64,000 bases of DNA from a virus (Duplodnaviria; Heunggongvirae; Uroviricota; Caudoviricetes): the IMG/VR virus record IMGVR_UViG_3300046689_000419; one strand, written 5' to 3'. Each line of letters opens with the position of its first letter. The stretch's first letter is position 1. A model generated the notes under the pieces. It did not search any database. It was not told the DNA's origin and saw only the letters and a program-made list of their open reading frames with translations. Position numbers and translations under genes: made by a program. This document shows, one piece after another, positions 9,526 through 19,416 of the stretch.

Positions 9526-12500
9526 ATGCCCTACGCGAGCAAGGCACAGCGGGGCTACCTGCACGCCCACCCGGAGATCACCGACAAGAAGGGCCACCCG
9601 GTTGCGGCTAAGTGGGACGCCGAGATCCACGCCGCCAAGAAGCGGAAGGTCCGCAAGAACCGGAGCGATGGCTGGCTGAAGCCGGTGGTGGCCGGCACCC
9701 TGGCCGGTGGGCTGGCCAACCAGTTCCCGCGGGTCCAGGACGTGGAGCGGTCGCGGAAGAAGAAGAGGAAGGGCGTGGCCAAGCGGCTGGACGCCCCGAC
9801 CTGGCCGGACGACGGGTTCTTCAACGCCAAGGCGGCTCAGCAGGCCTACGACCTGGTGATGAAGATGGACCTGGACTCGGCTCAGATGTTCACCACGATG
9901 GTGGTCTCGAACGCGCTGGAGACCGACATCGAGGCCAACCGGCACACCCTGCAGAAGCACCTGGACGAGGTGATCGAGTACCGGCTGGCCGACCTGAAGC
10001 GGGCCACCATCCGGGTGGTGGGCAAGTCAGGAGCCTCGTCCGAGGGCGACTCGCAGGAGCAGATCGACTTCGCCACCGCGGTCGCCCGAGTGGAGGCGAT
10101 CTGCAAGTCCGGCCCGGTCAGCAAGGTCCTGACCCCGCAGGACTACGGCTGGGTGTTCCGGGAGGACCAGATCCGCCGGGACCCGGGCAGTGGGCAGTTC
10201 CAGACCAAGGTCAAGCACACCCAGAAGCAGCCGATCCAGGACAAGGTGGCCAGCTCGATGGGGATCGTGCCGCACCCGGTGGGGCAGGGTCCGGACAAGA
10301 AGAACCGGTTCACCACGGCGCAGAAGGCTCAGTACCAGGACGAGTACCGACAGCTGGCCAACTTCCTGGGCTCGGTGGCTCAGTCCACCCCGAACTCCGG
10401 GGACACCAAGATCGACCTGCACTTCGAGGACAAGAACGGCAACCAGTGGATCGAGCCGGCCCGCAGCACCCGGCCCGAGGCGATGATGCTGGACCCCCGG
10501 GACCGGACCCTGCGCGGGATCACCGCCGCTCCGAGCAGCCTGAACGTGGGCGGGATGGCCTTCGGGCTGGCTGGTGCGCTGGGTGGTGGGATGTCCCCGC
10601 AGCGGGTCGCCCAGGTCAACGCCGGCGCGGCGGAGATGCCGACGTTCGCGCAGTCCTGGACCCAGCGGTACAGCGACACCGACACCAACGCCCGGCTCTA
10701 CGGTCGGATGTCGGCCGGCGGGAAGTTCCTCGCCCAGGTCGCCCCGGCCGGCTCGAAGGCGAATCTGGCCGGGCACTTCGGCAACTTCGTGGGCGAGTAC
10801 GGGCCGCAGGCCGAGGCAGTGATCGGGCCGACCGCGCGCAAGACCGCCTACCGGTACCGGGGCACCGAGAAGACCCCGGACCCGACGATGGTGCGCGACT
10901 ACGAGGTCGCGGTGCGCAACGCGATGTCCCAGCGCGGCTTCGATGAGGACGCGACCAAGGCCACCAAGGTCGCCCAGAACCGGGCGGTCCGGGCCAAGAT
11001 CAACCAGGTCGCGGAGGAGACCAACACCCCGGTCGATGCGGTCAAGCTCACCAACGAGCAGCGGGTCGAGGCGCTGAACTCGGCGAAGAGGACCGTCGCG
11101 GCAGCCGGTGCCAGCACCAGTCCGACCTGGGAGGAGCAGAGCGTCGCGTCCTCGGCGATCATGAACTACCTGCGCGCGATCCCCGAGAAGGGCGGCACGG
11201 CTCCGAGGAAGGGCCTGTACAACCTGCAGCTGGCGGCCGGGAACACCCCGCCGTCCGAGGGCGTGATCCTGGACCGGGACGGCCGGATCGTCACCCAGGC
11301 GGTCGGCTACGGCGACGACCACTACCTGCCGTTCAACCTGAAGAACCTCAAGGGTCTGAAGGGCGGCTCCTACATCCGGAACCGCTCGGTGGGCGGGCTG
11401 ACCAGCGAGGACATCTACACCGGGCTGGTCACCGGGGCCCGGCGGGTCACCGTGGTCTCGAGGTCGGGCACCTTCACGATGGAGTTCGAGCCGGACTTCC
11501 GGGGTGGGCGTCGGCACAACGACAAGGCGAAGCGGATGACCCAGCGCTACGAGCAGCTGCTGGACGCCGTGCAGTCCGAGCAGGTGGAGCGTCAGGGCAT
11601 CGATCCGGAGATGCGCGAGGTGATCACCCAGAAGGTCAAGGCGCGGGCTGCGCAGTTCCCCAATGCCTTCACCGGGAGGGAGATCCGGGAGGAGATCAAG
11701 AGGAAGGAAGAGGAGTACAAGGCCAGCCCGGACCTCGATGACACGTTCGATGAGTACATCCACATGATCGTGAACAACCGGACCGTCGGTCTGAACGAAC
11801 CGGACCGCAAGGCGATCGAGGCCACGGTGCGGAACCAGCAGGCCAAGGAGAAGGAGTACAAGTTCCGGCTGAACGGGGCCGGCTATGCCGACGCCCTGGA
11901 GGGTCTGCGCGAGCAGTTCCCCTACTACATCAAGGTCAACTCGGTGCCGACCAAGGACCCGGAGCGGCATGAGACCGAGCGGGACCAGGGCTACGTGGAG
12001 CCTGGCCGGTTGCGGCCCACCGAGGCCACCGTCGGCCTGTTCGGGTCCCAGCGGGTGAACAGGTACTCCGGGAAGGGCAGCAAGATCTCCGCGGCCGAGG
12101 CGAACTACGCCAAGCCGTTCATCGCCGAGCGGCGGGCCGCGACTGCAGCTCCGGAGACCACCGAGACGACCGAGACGCCGGCGGCCACTCCGGCTGCCCC
12201 AGCCGACACTCCGGCTGCCGCAGGGGCCACCCCGGCGGCCACTTCGGCTCCGACCACGGTCGGCGAGGCCCTGGAGCAGGCCACCTACGAGGACAAGGCG
12301 ACCGAGCTGCAGCAGCAGATCCAGCTCCACCTCAACCTGAAGAACGACCCGGATGCGGTGAAGTGGCACGGTCTGGGCCCGGCAGAGTTCCGAGGGTTCC
12401 TGCAGAACAAGGACAACCTGGCCGACTTCGATCTCTACGTGACCCAGCGCGCGGCCGAGATGCTCGCCTTGAGGCCCCAGCTCCGCGAGCCGCTGAACGG

Positions 12501-13284
12501 CTACACCCAGGCCTCCGGCCGGCTGGGCCAGAAGCCGTACGAGCGGATCCTGGGCGAGCAGTGGCTCCCGAAGCCGTACGCCTTCCCGGATGGCGGCAAG
12601 GCCTACCAGGCCGGGGCGGATGACGCGACCCGGCACACCGAGATGGAGCGGATCGGGGCGGGCCGACCGGGCATCGTCAACGTGAAGCCGCTCGCCCAGA
12701 TGACCGACAGGGAGCTCGAGCAGGAGGTGATCGCGGTCGGTCAGGTCCGGCGGGCACTCTCCGGTCTGACCAACCCCACCATGGAGCAGAAGACCGAGGC
12801 CATGAAGGCTGCCCTGAAGGGCGTGAACACGACCTCGCCGAGCATGGGCGTGCTCGCCACCGCCGACACGATGGACGCCTACCTGGAGACGGTGCACCGG
12901 ACCCGGGCGGTCAACATCGGGGTGCCGGACGCCGAGCGGGGCTGGCAGGTGGAGCACACCGAGAACCCGCTCCCACCGGAGCAGGCCGCTGCCGAGCAGG
13001 AGGATGTCGGGGACCGGCGCGAGCGGCTGGTCTACCTGGCCGAGAAGACGGCGGCGCTGCACCCGGCGGACTCCGAGGAGTACAAGAAGCTGACCCAGCT
13101 CAAACTGGACCTGGAGATGCAGGCGGACCGGATCCGGACTCCCAAGGCGCTGGAGGGGGTGCAGGCCACCAACAAGGACGCCCTCGACATGATCATGCAG
13201 GCGCTGCACGAGGGCAAGGTCAACCAGTACGAGCCGGCCCCTCGGAAGCCGCCCTCGCTGCCGCCGGGTAGCTCCTCGTCATGA
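9526..13284 (+). CDS. Giant head-module protein (1252 aa), function unknown; candidate internal virion / ejection protein
   Basis: Continuous 3759-nt ORF, overlapping-stop coupled to the portal and MuF genes; contains a Thr/Pro/Ala linker and basic N-terminus; the antisense 1060-aa ORF is an artefact. Confidence 0.7.
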   Translation: MPYASKAQRGYLHAHPEITDKKGHPVAAKWDAEIHAAKKRKVRKNRSDGWLKPVVAGTLAGGLANQFPRVQDVERSRKKKRKGVAKRLDAPTWPDDGFFNAKAAQQAYDLVMKMDLDSAQMFTTMVVSNALETDIEANRHTLQKHLDEVIEYRLADLKRATIRVVGKSGASSEGDSQEQIDFATAVARVEAICKSGPVSKVLTPQDYGWVFREDQIRRDPGSGQFQTKVKHTQKQPIQDKVASSMGIVPHPVGQGPDKKNRFTTAQKAQYQDEYRQLANFLGSVAQSTPNSGDTKIDLHFEDKNGNQWIEPARSTRPEAMMLDPRDRTLRGITAAPSSLNVGGMAFGLAGALGGGMSPQRVAQVNAGAAEMPTFAQSWTQRYSDTDTNARLYGRMSAGGKFLAQVAPAGSKANLAGHFGNFVGEYGPQAEAVIGPTARKTAYRYRGTEKTPDPTMVRDYEVAVRNAMSQRGFDEDATKATKVAQNRAVRAKINQVAEETNTPVDAVKLTNEQRVEALNSAKRTVAAAGASTSPTWEEQSVASSAIMNYLRAIPEKGGTAPRKGLYNLQLAAGNTPPSEGVILDRDGRIVTQAVGYGDDHYLPFNLKNLKGLKGGSYIRNRSVGGLTSEDIYTGLVTGARRVTVVSRSGTFTMEFEPDFRGGRRHNDKAKRMTQRYEQLLDAVQSEQVERQGIDPEMREVITQKVKARAAQFPNAFTGREIREEIKRKEEEYKASPDLDDTFDEYIHMIVNNRTVGLNEPDRKAIEATVRNQQAKEKEYKFRLNGAGYADALEGLREQFPYYIKVNSVPTKDPERHETERDQGYVEPGRLRPTEATVGLFGSQRVNRYSGKGSKISAAEANYAKPFIAERRAATAAPETTETTETPAATPAAPADTPAAAGATPAATSAPTTVGEALEQATYEDKATELQQQIQLHLNLKNDPDAVKWHGLGPAEFRGFLQNKDNLADFDLYVTQRAAEMLALRPQLREPLNGYTQASGRLGQKPYERILGEQWLPKPYAFPDGGKAYQAGADDATRHTEMERIGAGRPGIVNVKPLAQMTDRELEQEVIAVGQVRRALSGLTNPTMEQKTEAMKAALKGVNTTSPSMGVLATADTMDAYLETVHRTRAVNIGVPDAERGWQVEHTENPLPPEQAAAEQEDVGDRRERLVYLAEKTAALHPADSEEYKKLTQLKLDLEMQADRIRTPKALEGVQATNKDALDMIMQALHEGKVNQYEPAPRKPPSLPPGSSSS

Positions 13285-15449
13285 CCACGGTGCCGGTCCA
13301 CCCGACCCCGGCGGTCGAGCTCCGGTTCCATCCCACCGACCTGGATGCGGAGACGCTGCGGACCGCGCTCAAGCCGCTGGGCTCGCCGTCCGAGGCGATC
13401 GAGGCCGCGCTGATGACCGCCCGGCTGATGGTGATCACCCAGGCCAAGGCCGAGGTGGCCGCGATGACTGGGGAGATGAGTGCGGCCAAGCTGATCGGGT
13501 TCGCGGACCTGGCCTGGCAGATCTACGCGCCCAAGTTCGTCCGGTCCCTGGGGCCGGTGTTCGCCGAGCAGTACCTGCACGCGATGAAGGCGGCCGGGGC
13601 CGGGGACATCCCGATGGCCACCGTGTACGCGCTGGCCGAGCAGCACGCCAGCCGGGTCGGCACCTACTACCACGAGTCCTCCCGGGACGCGCTGGCCCAG
13701 GGGTTCAACACCTTCGTGAACCGGCGGATCACCGAGCGGGTGGCTGCCGACCGGGTGCTGGACGGCTACGGGCTGACCGGCCGGGGGATGTCCGGGTACA
13801 CCTCCAGGAGCCTGGACAAGGCCGCCACGGTCACCCCGCTGCGGCTCAAGGAGCGGGTGCTGGACTACATCGGCACCTCGGTGCGCCGGCGCTCGAAGGT
13901 GTTCGCCACCCAGGAGCAGCACAACATCAGCCAGCAGGCCCAGCAGATCGCCTGGATGTGGCTGCAGGACCACGGCAAGATCTCGCCGAACAGCCAGAAG
14001 ATCTGGATCACCGCCCGGGACGAGAGGGTCTGCCCGCAGTGCGGCCCGATGCATGGGGTCAAGGTGCTGCTCGGCGAGCGGTTCAAGCTGCCCAACGGCA
14101 CCGAGGTCTGGGTGCCCGGGATGCATCCGAACTGCCGGTGTCAGGTCCGGCTGCTCAGCCACCCGTGGATGGCCGAGGTGGGCAAGGCGCACTCCTCGTT
14201 CGGGGTGATCGCCAAGGCGGACGAGTGGAACCCCACCCTGCACCCGCGCGGCGGCGACCCGGTGAACCCGGGCCGGTTCAGCGCCAGGGCCCGCACTGCG
14301 CGCCAGCCGGAGGTGGCCGAGAAGGAGCCGGTGGACACCACGAAGATCCAGGAGATGCTGGACGCGGCCGAGCACCAGCGGGCCCTGGAGGCGGTGCTGG
14401 ATCCGCCGATCGAGCCGAAGGCCACCCTGGAGCCCAGAGAGACGAGGGCCACTCTGGAACCCAGAGAGCCGAGGGCCACTCTGGCCTCATCGGTGAAGGC
14501 CACCCTGGCCAGCCGGGTCACTCCGGAGAGGCCCACCCTGGCCGCCCCGGAGAAGCCAGAGCTGGGCCAGCGGAGCCAGGCCGTCCTGCCTACCCGGGAG
14601 AAGGCGCAACTGCGGGTTCCGGAGCAGGCCTGGCTGGGGCAGGCCGAGCAGGCGTTCCTGCGCTATGACCAGCGGACCAAGCGCGTCCCACGGGTCCCGG
14701 AGCCGAACAAGCGTCGCAGGCGGAAGACCGTCCCGATCCTGGATGCCCAGGGCAAGCCGATCCCGGTCTACTACGTCGCCAGCAGGTTCGAGATGGACGA
14801 GAGCGGCTACATCGAGCCGCACGACGAGATGGAGTTCACCGCCGATCGGCAGACGGCGGTCATCATGGCCCAGCAGGTGTTCGATCAGGAGATCAACGAC
14901 ACCGCCGAGTCGATCAACGACAACGCGGAGAACAAGATCACCCAGGTCTTCGGGGACGGCCGGAAGTTCGAGGCGACCATCGATGAGGACGAGACCTACA
15001 GCGTGGTGGGCTGGGCGGCCTACCAGGACCAGATCACGGACCCGGACTGGACCGGCGACCGGAGCATCAAGGTGCTCTGGCGGGAGGTGGACGCCGACGA
15101 CATGCCGGTCGAGGACGGCGAGGAGTACGCGGACTCGGTGCGGATCTCCGATGTCGCCGAGGAGTGGCACCTGGATGCGGATCGCTTCGCGGTCAAGGTG
15201 CTGGTGCTCACCGAGGGCCACAAGTCCGAGCGCGGCAACACCTGGCAAGCCAACTTCAAGGACAGGCACGGCTACGACTCCTGGATCACCACCGGGCGAT
15301 ACAAGATGAACGACGTGCTTCAAGATCGAGAGGACCGCCCGGATCCGGTGCAGTTCGCGGAGCTGGAGCCCGATGACCCGGTGATCGTGGATGAGGACGA
15401 GCCGGGCGTCGGCTGGTCACCTGAGCATGGGCCTACCGAATGGCTGTAG
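13281..15449 (+). CDS. MuF-like / SPP1 gp7-like minor head protein with extended repeat-containing C-terminus
   Basis: 'CPQCGPMHG...HPNCRCQV' signature of the MuF/gp7 head-morphogenesis domain; 'ATLEPRE' peptide repeats near 14400-14560. Confidence 0.7.
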   Translation: MTTVPVHPTPAVELRFHPTDLDAETLRTALKPLGSPSEAIEAALMTARLMVITQAKAEVAAMTGEMSAAKLIGFADLAWQIYAPKFVRSLGPVFAEQYLHAMKAAGAGDIPMATVYALAEQHASRVGTYYHESSRDALAQGFNTFVNRRITERVAADRVLDGYGLTGRGMSGYTSRSLDKAATVTPLRLKERVLDYIGTSVRRRSKVFATQEQHNISQQAQQIAWMWLQDHGKISPNSQKIWITARDERVCPQCGPMHGVKVLLGERFKLPNGTEVWVPGMHPNCRCQVRLLSHPWMAEVGKAHSSFGVIAKADEWNPTLHPRGGDPVNPGRFSARARTARQPEVAEKEPVDTTKIQEMLDAAEHQRALEAVLDPPIEPKATLEPRETRATLEPREPRATLASSVKATLASRVTPERPTLAAPEKPELGQRSQAVLPTREKAQLRVPEQAWLGQAEQAFLRYDQRTKRVPRVPEPNKRRRRKTVPILDAQGKPIPVYYVASRFEMDESGYIEPHDEMEFTADRQTAVIMAQQVFDQEINDTAESINDNAENKITQVFGDGRKFEATIDEDETYSVVGWAAYQDQITDPDWTGDRSIKVLWREVDADDMPVEDGEEYADSVRISDVAEEWHLDADRFAVKVLVLTEGHKSERGNTWQANFKDRHGYDSWITTGRYKMNDVLQDREDRPDPVQFAELEPDDPVIVDEDEPGVGWSPEHGPTEWL

Positions 15450-15471
15450 ACCGGACAAGGATCATGAAGAT

Positions 15472-16512
15472 ATGAGCGCGGGCCGCGAGAACGACCAGAC
15501 CTTCCGCGAGGTAGCCGAACTGCTGTTCGGCGATGGTGCCGACTTGATCACCAAGATGAACCCCACCCAGTCCGACCTGGCCACCCACGATCGGAAGAAG
15601 CGCGCAGTGACGGCCGGGCTGAGCGCGATCGGGGCCACCGCCGGCGCGGCCGGCCTGGGCTACGCCGCGCATAAGACCGGCGGAGCCTACCGCGCCGCGC
15701 GGGCCGGGGTGCAGGGCGTGAAGGCGGCCAAGGGCGTCCGAGGGGTGAAGGCCGTCGAGCCGATGGGCCGACGGGCAGCGGCCGGGCACGCGATCAAGCA
15801 GGAGAAGCTCGGAGCGGCGCTGGTGCCGCTGGAGATGGCTGGGCTGGGCGGCGAGGTGATGGCCACCCGGATCCTGCACGGGGACACCAAGCGTGGGGTC
15901 AAGAAGGACATCGGTGAGATGTCCGAGATGGCGACCTCCAACCCGAAGCGGGCGATGACCCGGGCCGCGATCACCAACGCGCCGCGGGCGGCCGGCAAGG
16001 GCCTGGAGTACTCCAAGGTGGCGAACGGCAAGCTGAAGAAGCTCCCGGACCAGGTGGCCACCACCAAGAAGAAGGCGGAGAGGTTCGGCAAGCGCGCCGA
16101 GGAGGTGGACGTGATCTGGTCCGGCACCTTCGCCAAGGCGAACCTGGACAAGCAGCAGCTGTTCGGCTGGGCCAGCGTGGTCGAGGTGAACGGCGAGCCG
16201 GTGGTGGACCTGCAGGGTGACGTGATCAGCCCGGAGGAGATGGAGAAGGCTGGCTACTCCTACGTGATGAAGTCCCGCAAGGGCGGCGACATGCACCTGC
16301 GGGACAACTGGAGCCCGATCCAGAAGTCCGAGATGATCGAGTCGTTCATCGTCACCGACGAGAAGCGGGCCGCGATGGGGCTGCCGGACTCGGTGCCGAC
16401 CGGTTGGTGGGTCGGCTTCCAGGTCCAGGACCCGGAGGTCTGGGCCAAGGTGAAGTCCGGTGAGCGAACCGGGTTCTCCATCCACGGCACCGGACGACGG
16501 AGTGCGGGCTGA
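15472..16512 (+). CDS. Putative prohead protease / head maturation protein
   Basis: 346 aa between MuF and scaffold; the C-terminal half resembles phage serine protease regions; assignment is tentative. Confidence 0.4.
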   Translation: MSAGRENDQTFREVAELLFGDGADLITKMNPTQSDLATHDRKKRAVTAGLSAIGATAGAAGLGYAAHKTGGAYRAARAGVQGVKAAKGVRGVKAVEPMGRRAAAGHAIKQEKLGAALVPLEMAGLGGEVMATRILHGDTKRGVKKDIGEMSEMATSNPKRAMTRAAITNAPRAAGKGLEYSKVANGKLKKLPDQVATTKKKAERFGKRAEEVDVIWSGTFAKANLDKQQLFGWASVVEVNGEPVVDLQGDVISPEEMEKAGYSYVMKSRKGGDMHLRDNWSPIQKSEMIESFIVTDEKRAAMGLPDSVPTGWWVGFQVQDPEVWAKVKSGERTGFSIHGTGRRSAG

Positions 16513-17225
16513 TGGCGACCAAGAAGAAGCAGGAGACCGGGACCGCGAACCTGGTGGCCGGTGGCGGGCTGACCGCCTATGGTGCGGCCACCGCGCCGGT
16601 GCTCCGGGCCGGGCACAAGGACATGTCCCGGATGAGCAGTGCCTCCCCGAAGAAGCAGGGGGCGCGCTACCAGGCCGAGCTGCATGGGGCGATGGCGCGC
16701 GGCAAGGTCAAGACCGACAGCCCGGTGCACGTGCTGCGGACTCCCTCGGGTCGGCACCTCAATGCTGGCGGTACCCACCGGCAGATCGCCCGGGAGGTGA
16801 TGGGCAAGCCGAGCGAGTATCAGGTCAAGGACATCTCCCACGAGATCCACGTCTCACCGGCCACCAAGGTGGCCGGCAAGCTGCGGGTCGCTGGGCTGAA
16901 GCGGGGCTCCAAGCGGGCGGAGGCGGGCAAGCCGCTCAAGCCGGTCAGCGAGAACGCGCGCGGAACGAACGCGATCAAGTCCATGCGCGCCGATGCCGCT
17001 GATGCCCACATCTGGTCGCACCCTTCGGTGCTGAAGGAGCCGGCCAAGATCGGCCGCAAGGCGGGCCTGGCCGGTGCCGGGATGATCGCCGGGATGGGTG
17101 CCCTGACGATGGCGGGCGGCCTCCACCAGCGCAAGGAGTACCAGAAGACCCACCCGGTCCGTAAGAGCTCGGTCTCCGGGGGTGCGCTTTCAGCGTTCGG
17201 TGTGGACCACGGGTACGTCAGATGA
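16512..17225 (+). CDS. Basic Gly/Ala/Lys-rich protein ending in SAFGVDHG motif
   Basis: ATGA overlap; 237 aa; C-terminus '...GGALSAFGVDHGYVR'. Confidence 0.5.
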   Translation: MATKKKQETGTANLVAGGGLTAYGAATAPVLRAGHKDMSRMSSASPKKQGARYQAELHGAMARGKVKTDSPVHVLRTPSGRHLNAGGTHRQIAREVMGKPSEYQVKDISHEIHVSPATKVAGKLRVAGLKRGSKRAEAGKPLKPVSENARGTNAIKSMRADAADAHIWSHPSVLKEPAKIGRKAGLAGAGMIAGMGALTMAGGLHQRKEYQKTHPVRKSSVSGGALSAFGVDHGYVR

Positions 17226-18133
17226 CCTTCTCCAAGCGGGTGATGTCCGAGACCGAGCTGCGGCACCGGCGCAAGGTGCAGGGCAACATCGGCCGGACCA
17301 CCTCCACTATGGGCCTGACTGGGCTCGGGATGACCGGGGCCGCGCTGGCGGCCCGGAAGTCCCCGGGCGCGCTGAAGGCGATCCAGAAGATCCCGAAGGT
17401 CGGGGCCAAGCTCGGCAAGACCCCGGAGGAGGTCTCCGGCAAGCTGAAGGGCGCGGCGATCAACACCGGCCTGGTCTCTGGTGGCATCGGCGGCGTCGGC
17501 GGGTTCAACCAGGCCTCCATCTACTCCGACGAGGCGAAGCGGAAGAAGCCAGTGATCAAGCGCGGAGCGCCCACCGGACTGACCGAAGACATGGCCTGGG
17601 TCGGCGAGGTGGGGTTCGCCAAGGACTGGAAGCCGAGCGCCTCTACCCACGACTCCGAGCGGTCCCGGCTGAAGCGGGCCCAGGCGTATGAGGATGTCGG
17701 CGGCGTGGCCGCCGGAGGACTGGGTGCCGGGGCCGCGGTGAAGGGGGCTCAGGCGCTGAAGACGGTGGCCCCGAACTGGCAGAAGGGCCAGCGCAAGGCC
17801 AAGCACCTGCCCACCGTGAAGACCGCGCAGGCGGCCAGGAAGGCGAAGGCGGTCTCGCACGGGAAGGTCGGCGCGGGCCTGCTGATCGCCTCCGGGGCAG
17901 CCGGTGCGGCCACCCTGGGGGTGAAGAACCGGAACCAGTCCCGGTCCTGGGCCCCGTACGCGAAACGGGACTCGACCTCAGCGTTCGGGGTGGACCACGA
18001 GGTGAGCAAGGCCAAGAAGGTGCCGAACACCAAGTTCGACACGCTGGTCTCCGGGTTCCGTCGCCGGACCGGTCGCAACGCCGCCGGCAAGCTGATCCCG
18101 GTAGCGGCCAAGGTCGCCAGAGCAGCGCGATGA
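17222..18133 (+). CDS. Basic Gly/Ala/Lys-rich protein containing SAFGVDHE motif
   Basis: 303 aa; 'STSAFGVDHEVSKAKKVPN' near the C-terminus is homologous to the N-terminus of the 22207 gene. Confidence 0.5.
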   Translation: MTFSKRVMSETELRHRRKVQGNIGRTTSTMGLTGLGMTGAALAARKSPGALKAIQKIPKVGAKLGKTPEEVSGKLKGAAINTGLVSGGIGGVGGFNQASIYSDEAKRKKPVIKRGAPTGLTEDMAWVGEVGFAKDWKPSASTHDSERSRLKRAQAYEDVGGVAAGGLGAGAAVKGAQALKTVAPNWQKGQRKAKHLPTVKTAQAARKAKAVSHGKVGAGLLIASGAAGAATLGVKNRNQSRSWAPYAKRDSTSAFGVDHEVSKAKKVPNTKFDTLVSGFRRRTGRNAAGKLIPVAAKVARAAR

Positions 18134-18181
18134 GGGACCTAGTGGACAGCACCGTGAGACTGAGAACTAGAGGTAGATGAG

Positions 18182-18988
18182 ATGCCACGACGGAACAACC
18201 TGACCGACATGGAGATCGATGAGATCTCCACCGTGGACAAGACCGCGAACCAGCTCTCGAGGTTCGTCATCGCAAAGCGGGCTCCCGAGGAGGAAGACAT
18301 GCCCCAGCTCTACAACCAGGAGGGTAAGCCCCTCGATGAGAACGACCTCGAGTTCGGCGACATCGTGTTCGATGAGCAGGGCCAGGCGTACGAGTACGTC
18401 GAAGAGGGTGAGGAGCACGAAGAGCGTGAGGAGGAGGGCGAGCTAGTCGAGGCCGGCAAGTCGGCGTTCTTCCAGCCTCCGCAGAACTCCGGCAGCTTCT
18501 CCAAGCAGGTGATGGAGGAGCTCTCCAAGGCGTTCAGCGACGAGGACCGGGACCAGGTGTTCGCCAAGGCGCTCGGTCGGGTCGAGGAGCTCGAGAAGGC
18601 CCAGCAGGCCGCCGAGCGTATCGCCAAGTCCGAGCGGGACCTGCGGCTGACCCGGGAGTACGTGGCGAAGTCCGCCGAGTACAACCTGCCGGTGGACCCG
18701 AACGAGCTCGGCCCGGTGCTCTACCGGATGGCCGAGACGATGAGCTACGACGACTGCGCGGTGATCGCGAAGTGCCTGGAGTCGGCCGGCAACATCCTCT
18801 TCGAGGAGGTCGGCTACCAGGGTGGCGGCGACAACAACGACATCTACTCCCAGGTCGAGGCGCACGCCCACGACACGTTCGGCAAGGCCGAGGACTTCAA
18901 CGAGGTCTCGGCGATCAACAAGGTGTTCGACATGAACCCGGACGCATACGACGAGTACCTGGCCGCGCAGCGGCTCAACGGTCGATAG
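18182..18988 (+). CDS. Scaffolding protein (acidic, coiled-coil)
   Basis: 268 aa, acidic, helical, positioned upstream of the capsid gene. Confidence 0.55.
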   Translation: MPRRNNLTDMEIDEISTVDKTANQLSRFVIAKRAPEEEDMPQLYNQEGKPLDENDLEFGDIVFDEQGQAYEYVEEGEEHEEREEEGELVEAGKSAFFQPPQNSGSFSKQVMEELSKAFSDEDRDQVFAKALGRVEELEKAQQAAERIAKSERDLRLTREYVAKSAEYNLPVDPNELGPVLYRMAETMSYDDCAVIAKCLESAGNILFEEVGYQGGGDNNDIYSQVEAHAHDTFGKAEDFNEVSAINKVFDMNPDAYDEYLAAQRLNGR

Positions 18989-19001
18989 GAGGGAGTGACA
19001 G

Positions 19002-19403
19002 ATGGCCTACGAAGAGAGCCTCCGGTCGATCACGCTGAACGCGGATTCGTCCCTGGGCATCTACACCGGGGTGCCTGGTCAGCCGGGTTCCCCGGACCCG
19101 CACGGAGGCAGGCAGTACCACTTCGTGAAGGTGACCGGTGTGCACCAGGTCGGTCTCGGTGACGGCACCGGACCCTGCATCGGGGTGATGCAGAACAAGC
19201 CCCAGGGCACCGGCCAGGCTGCCACGGTAGCCATCGCCGGGGTCTCAAAGGTGGTCTCGGATGCGCCGATCACCGCCGGAGCCAAGATCCAGGTGAGCGC
19301 GGACGGCCAGGCCACCAGTGCCGGGGCCACCGCGATCGTCGGCATTGCCCTGTCCACCACCGCCAACGCCGGAGAACTCGTCAACGTTCTCCTGACGATC
19401 TGA
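19002..19403 (+). CDS. Putative head decoration / capsid accessory protein
   Basis: 133 aa, Gly/Ala-rich beta-type protein immediately upstream of the major capsid gene; RBS GGAGGGAG. Confidence 0.4.
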   Translation: MAYEESLRSITLNADSSLGIYTGVPGQPGSPDPHGGRQYHFVKVTGVHQVGLGDGTGPCIGVMQNKPQGTGQAATVAIAGVSKVVSDAPITAGAKIQVSADGQATSAGATAIVGIALSTTANAGELVNVLLTI

Positions 19404-19416
19404 GAGGAGAGAAGCC

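Noticed and set aside
10027-13209. 1060-aa minus-strand ORF antisense to the giant head-module gene. Similar long antisense ORFs: 2921-4279, 6011-7801, 7590-9425, 26661-30839, 33044-35449.
   Set aside because: All lie opposite strongly supported, operon-coupled structural genes and are R/G/P/L-rich junk; GC-rich genomes generate long stop-free antisense frames.
14400-14560. Short tandem DNA repeats (gccaccctgg / gccactctgg) considered as a possible CRISPR-like or iteron array.
   Set aside because: They lie inside the MuF-like CDS and encode in-frame 'ATLEPRE' peptide repeats; irregular and not spacer-separated.
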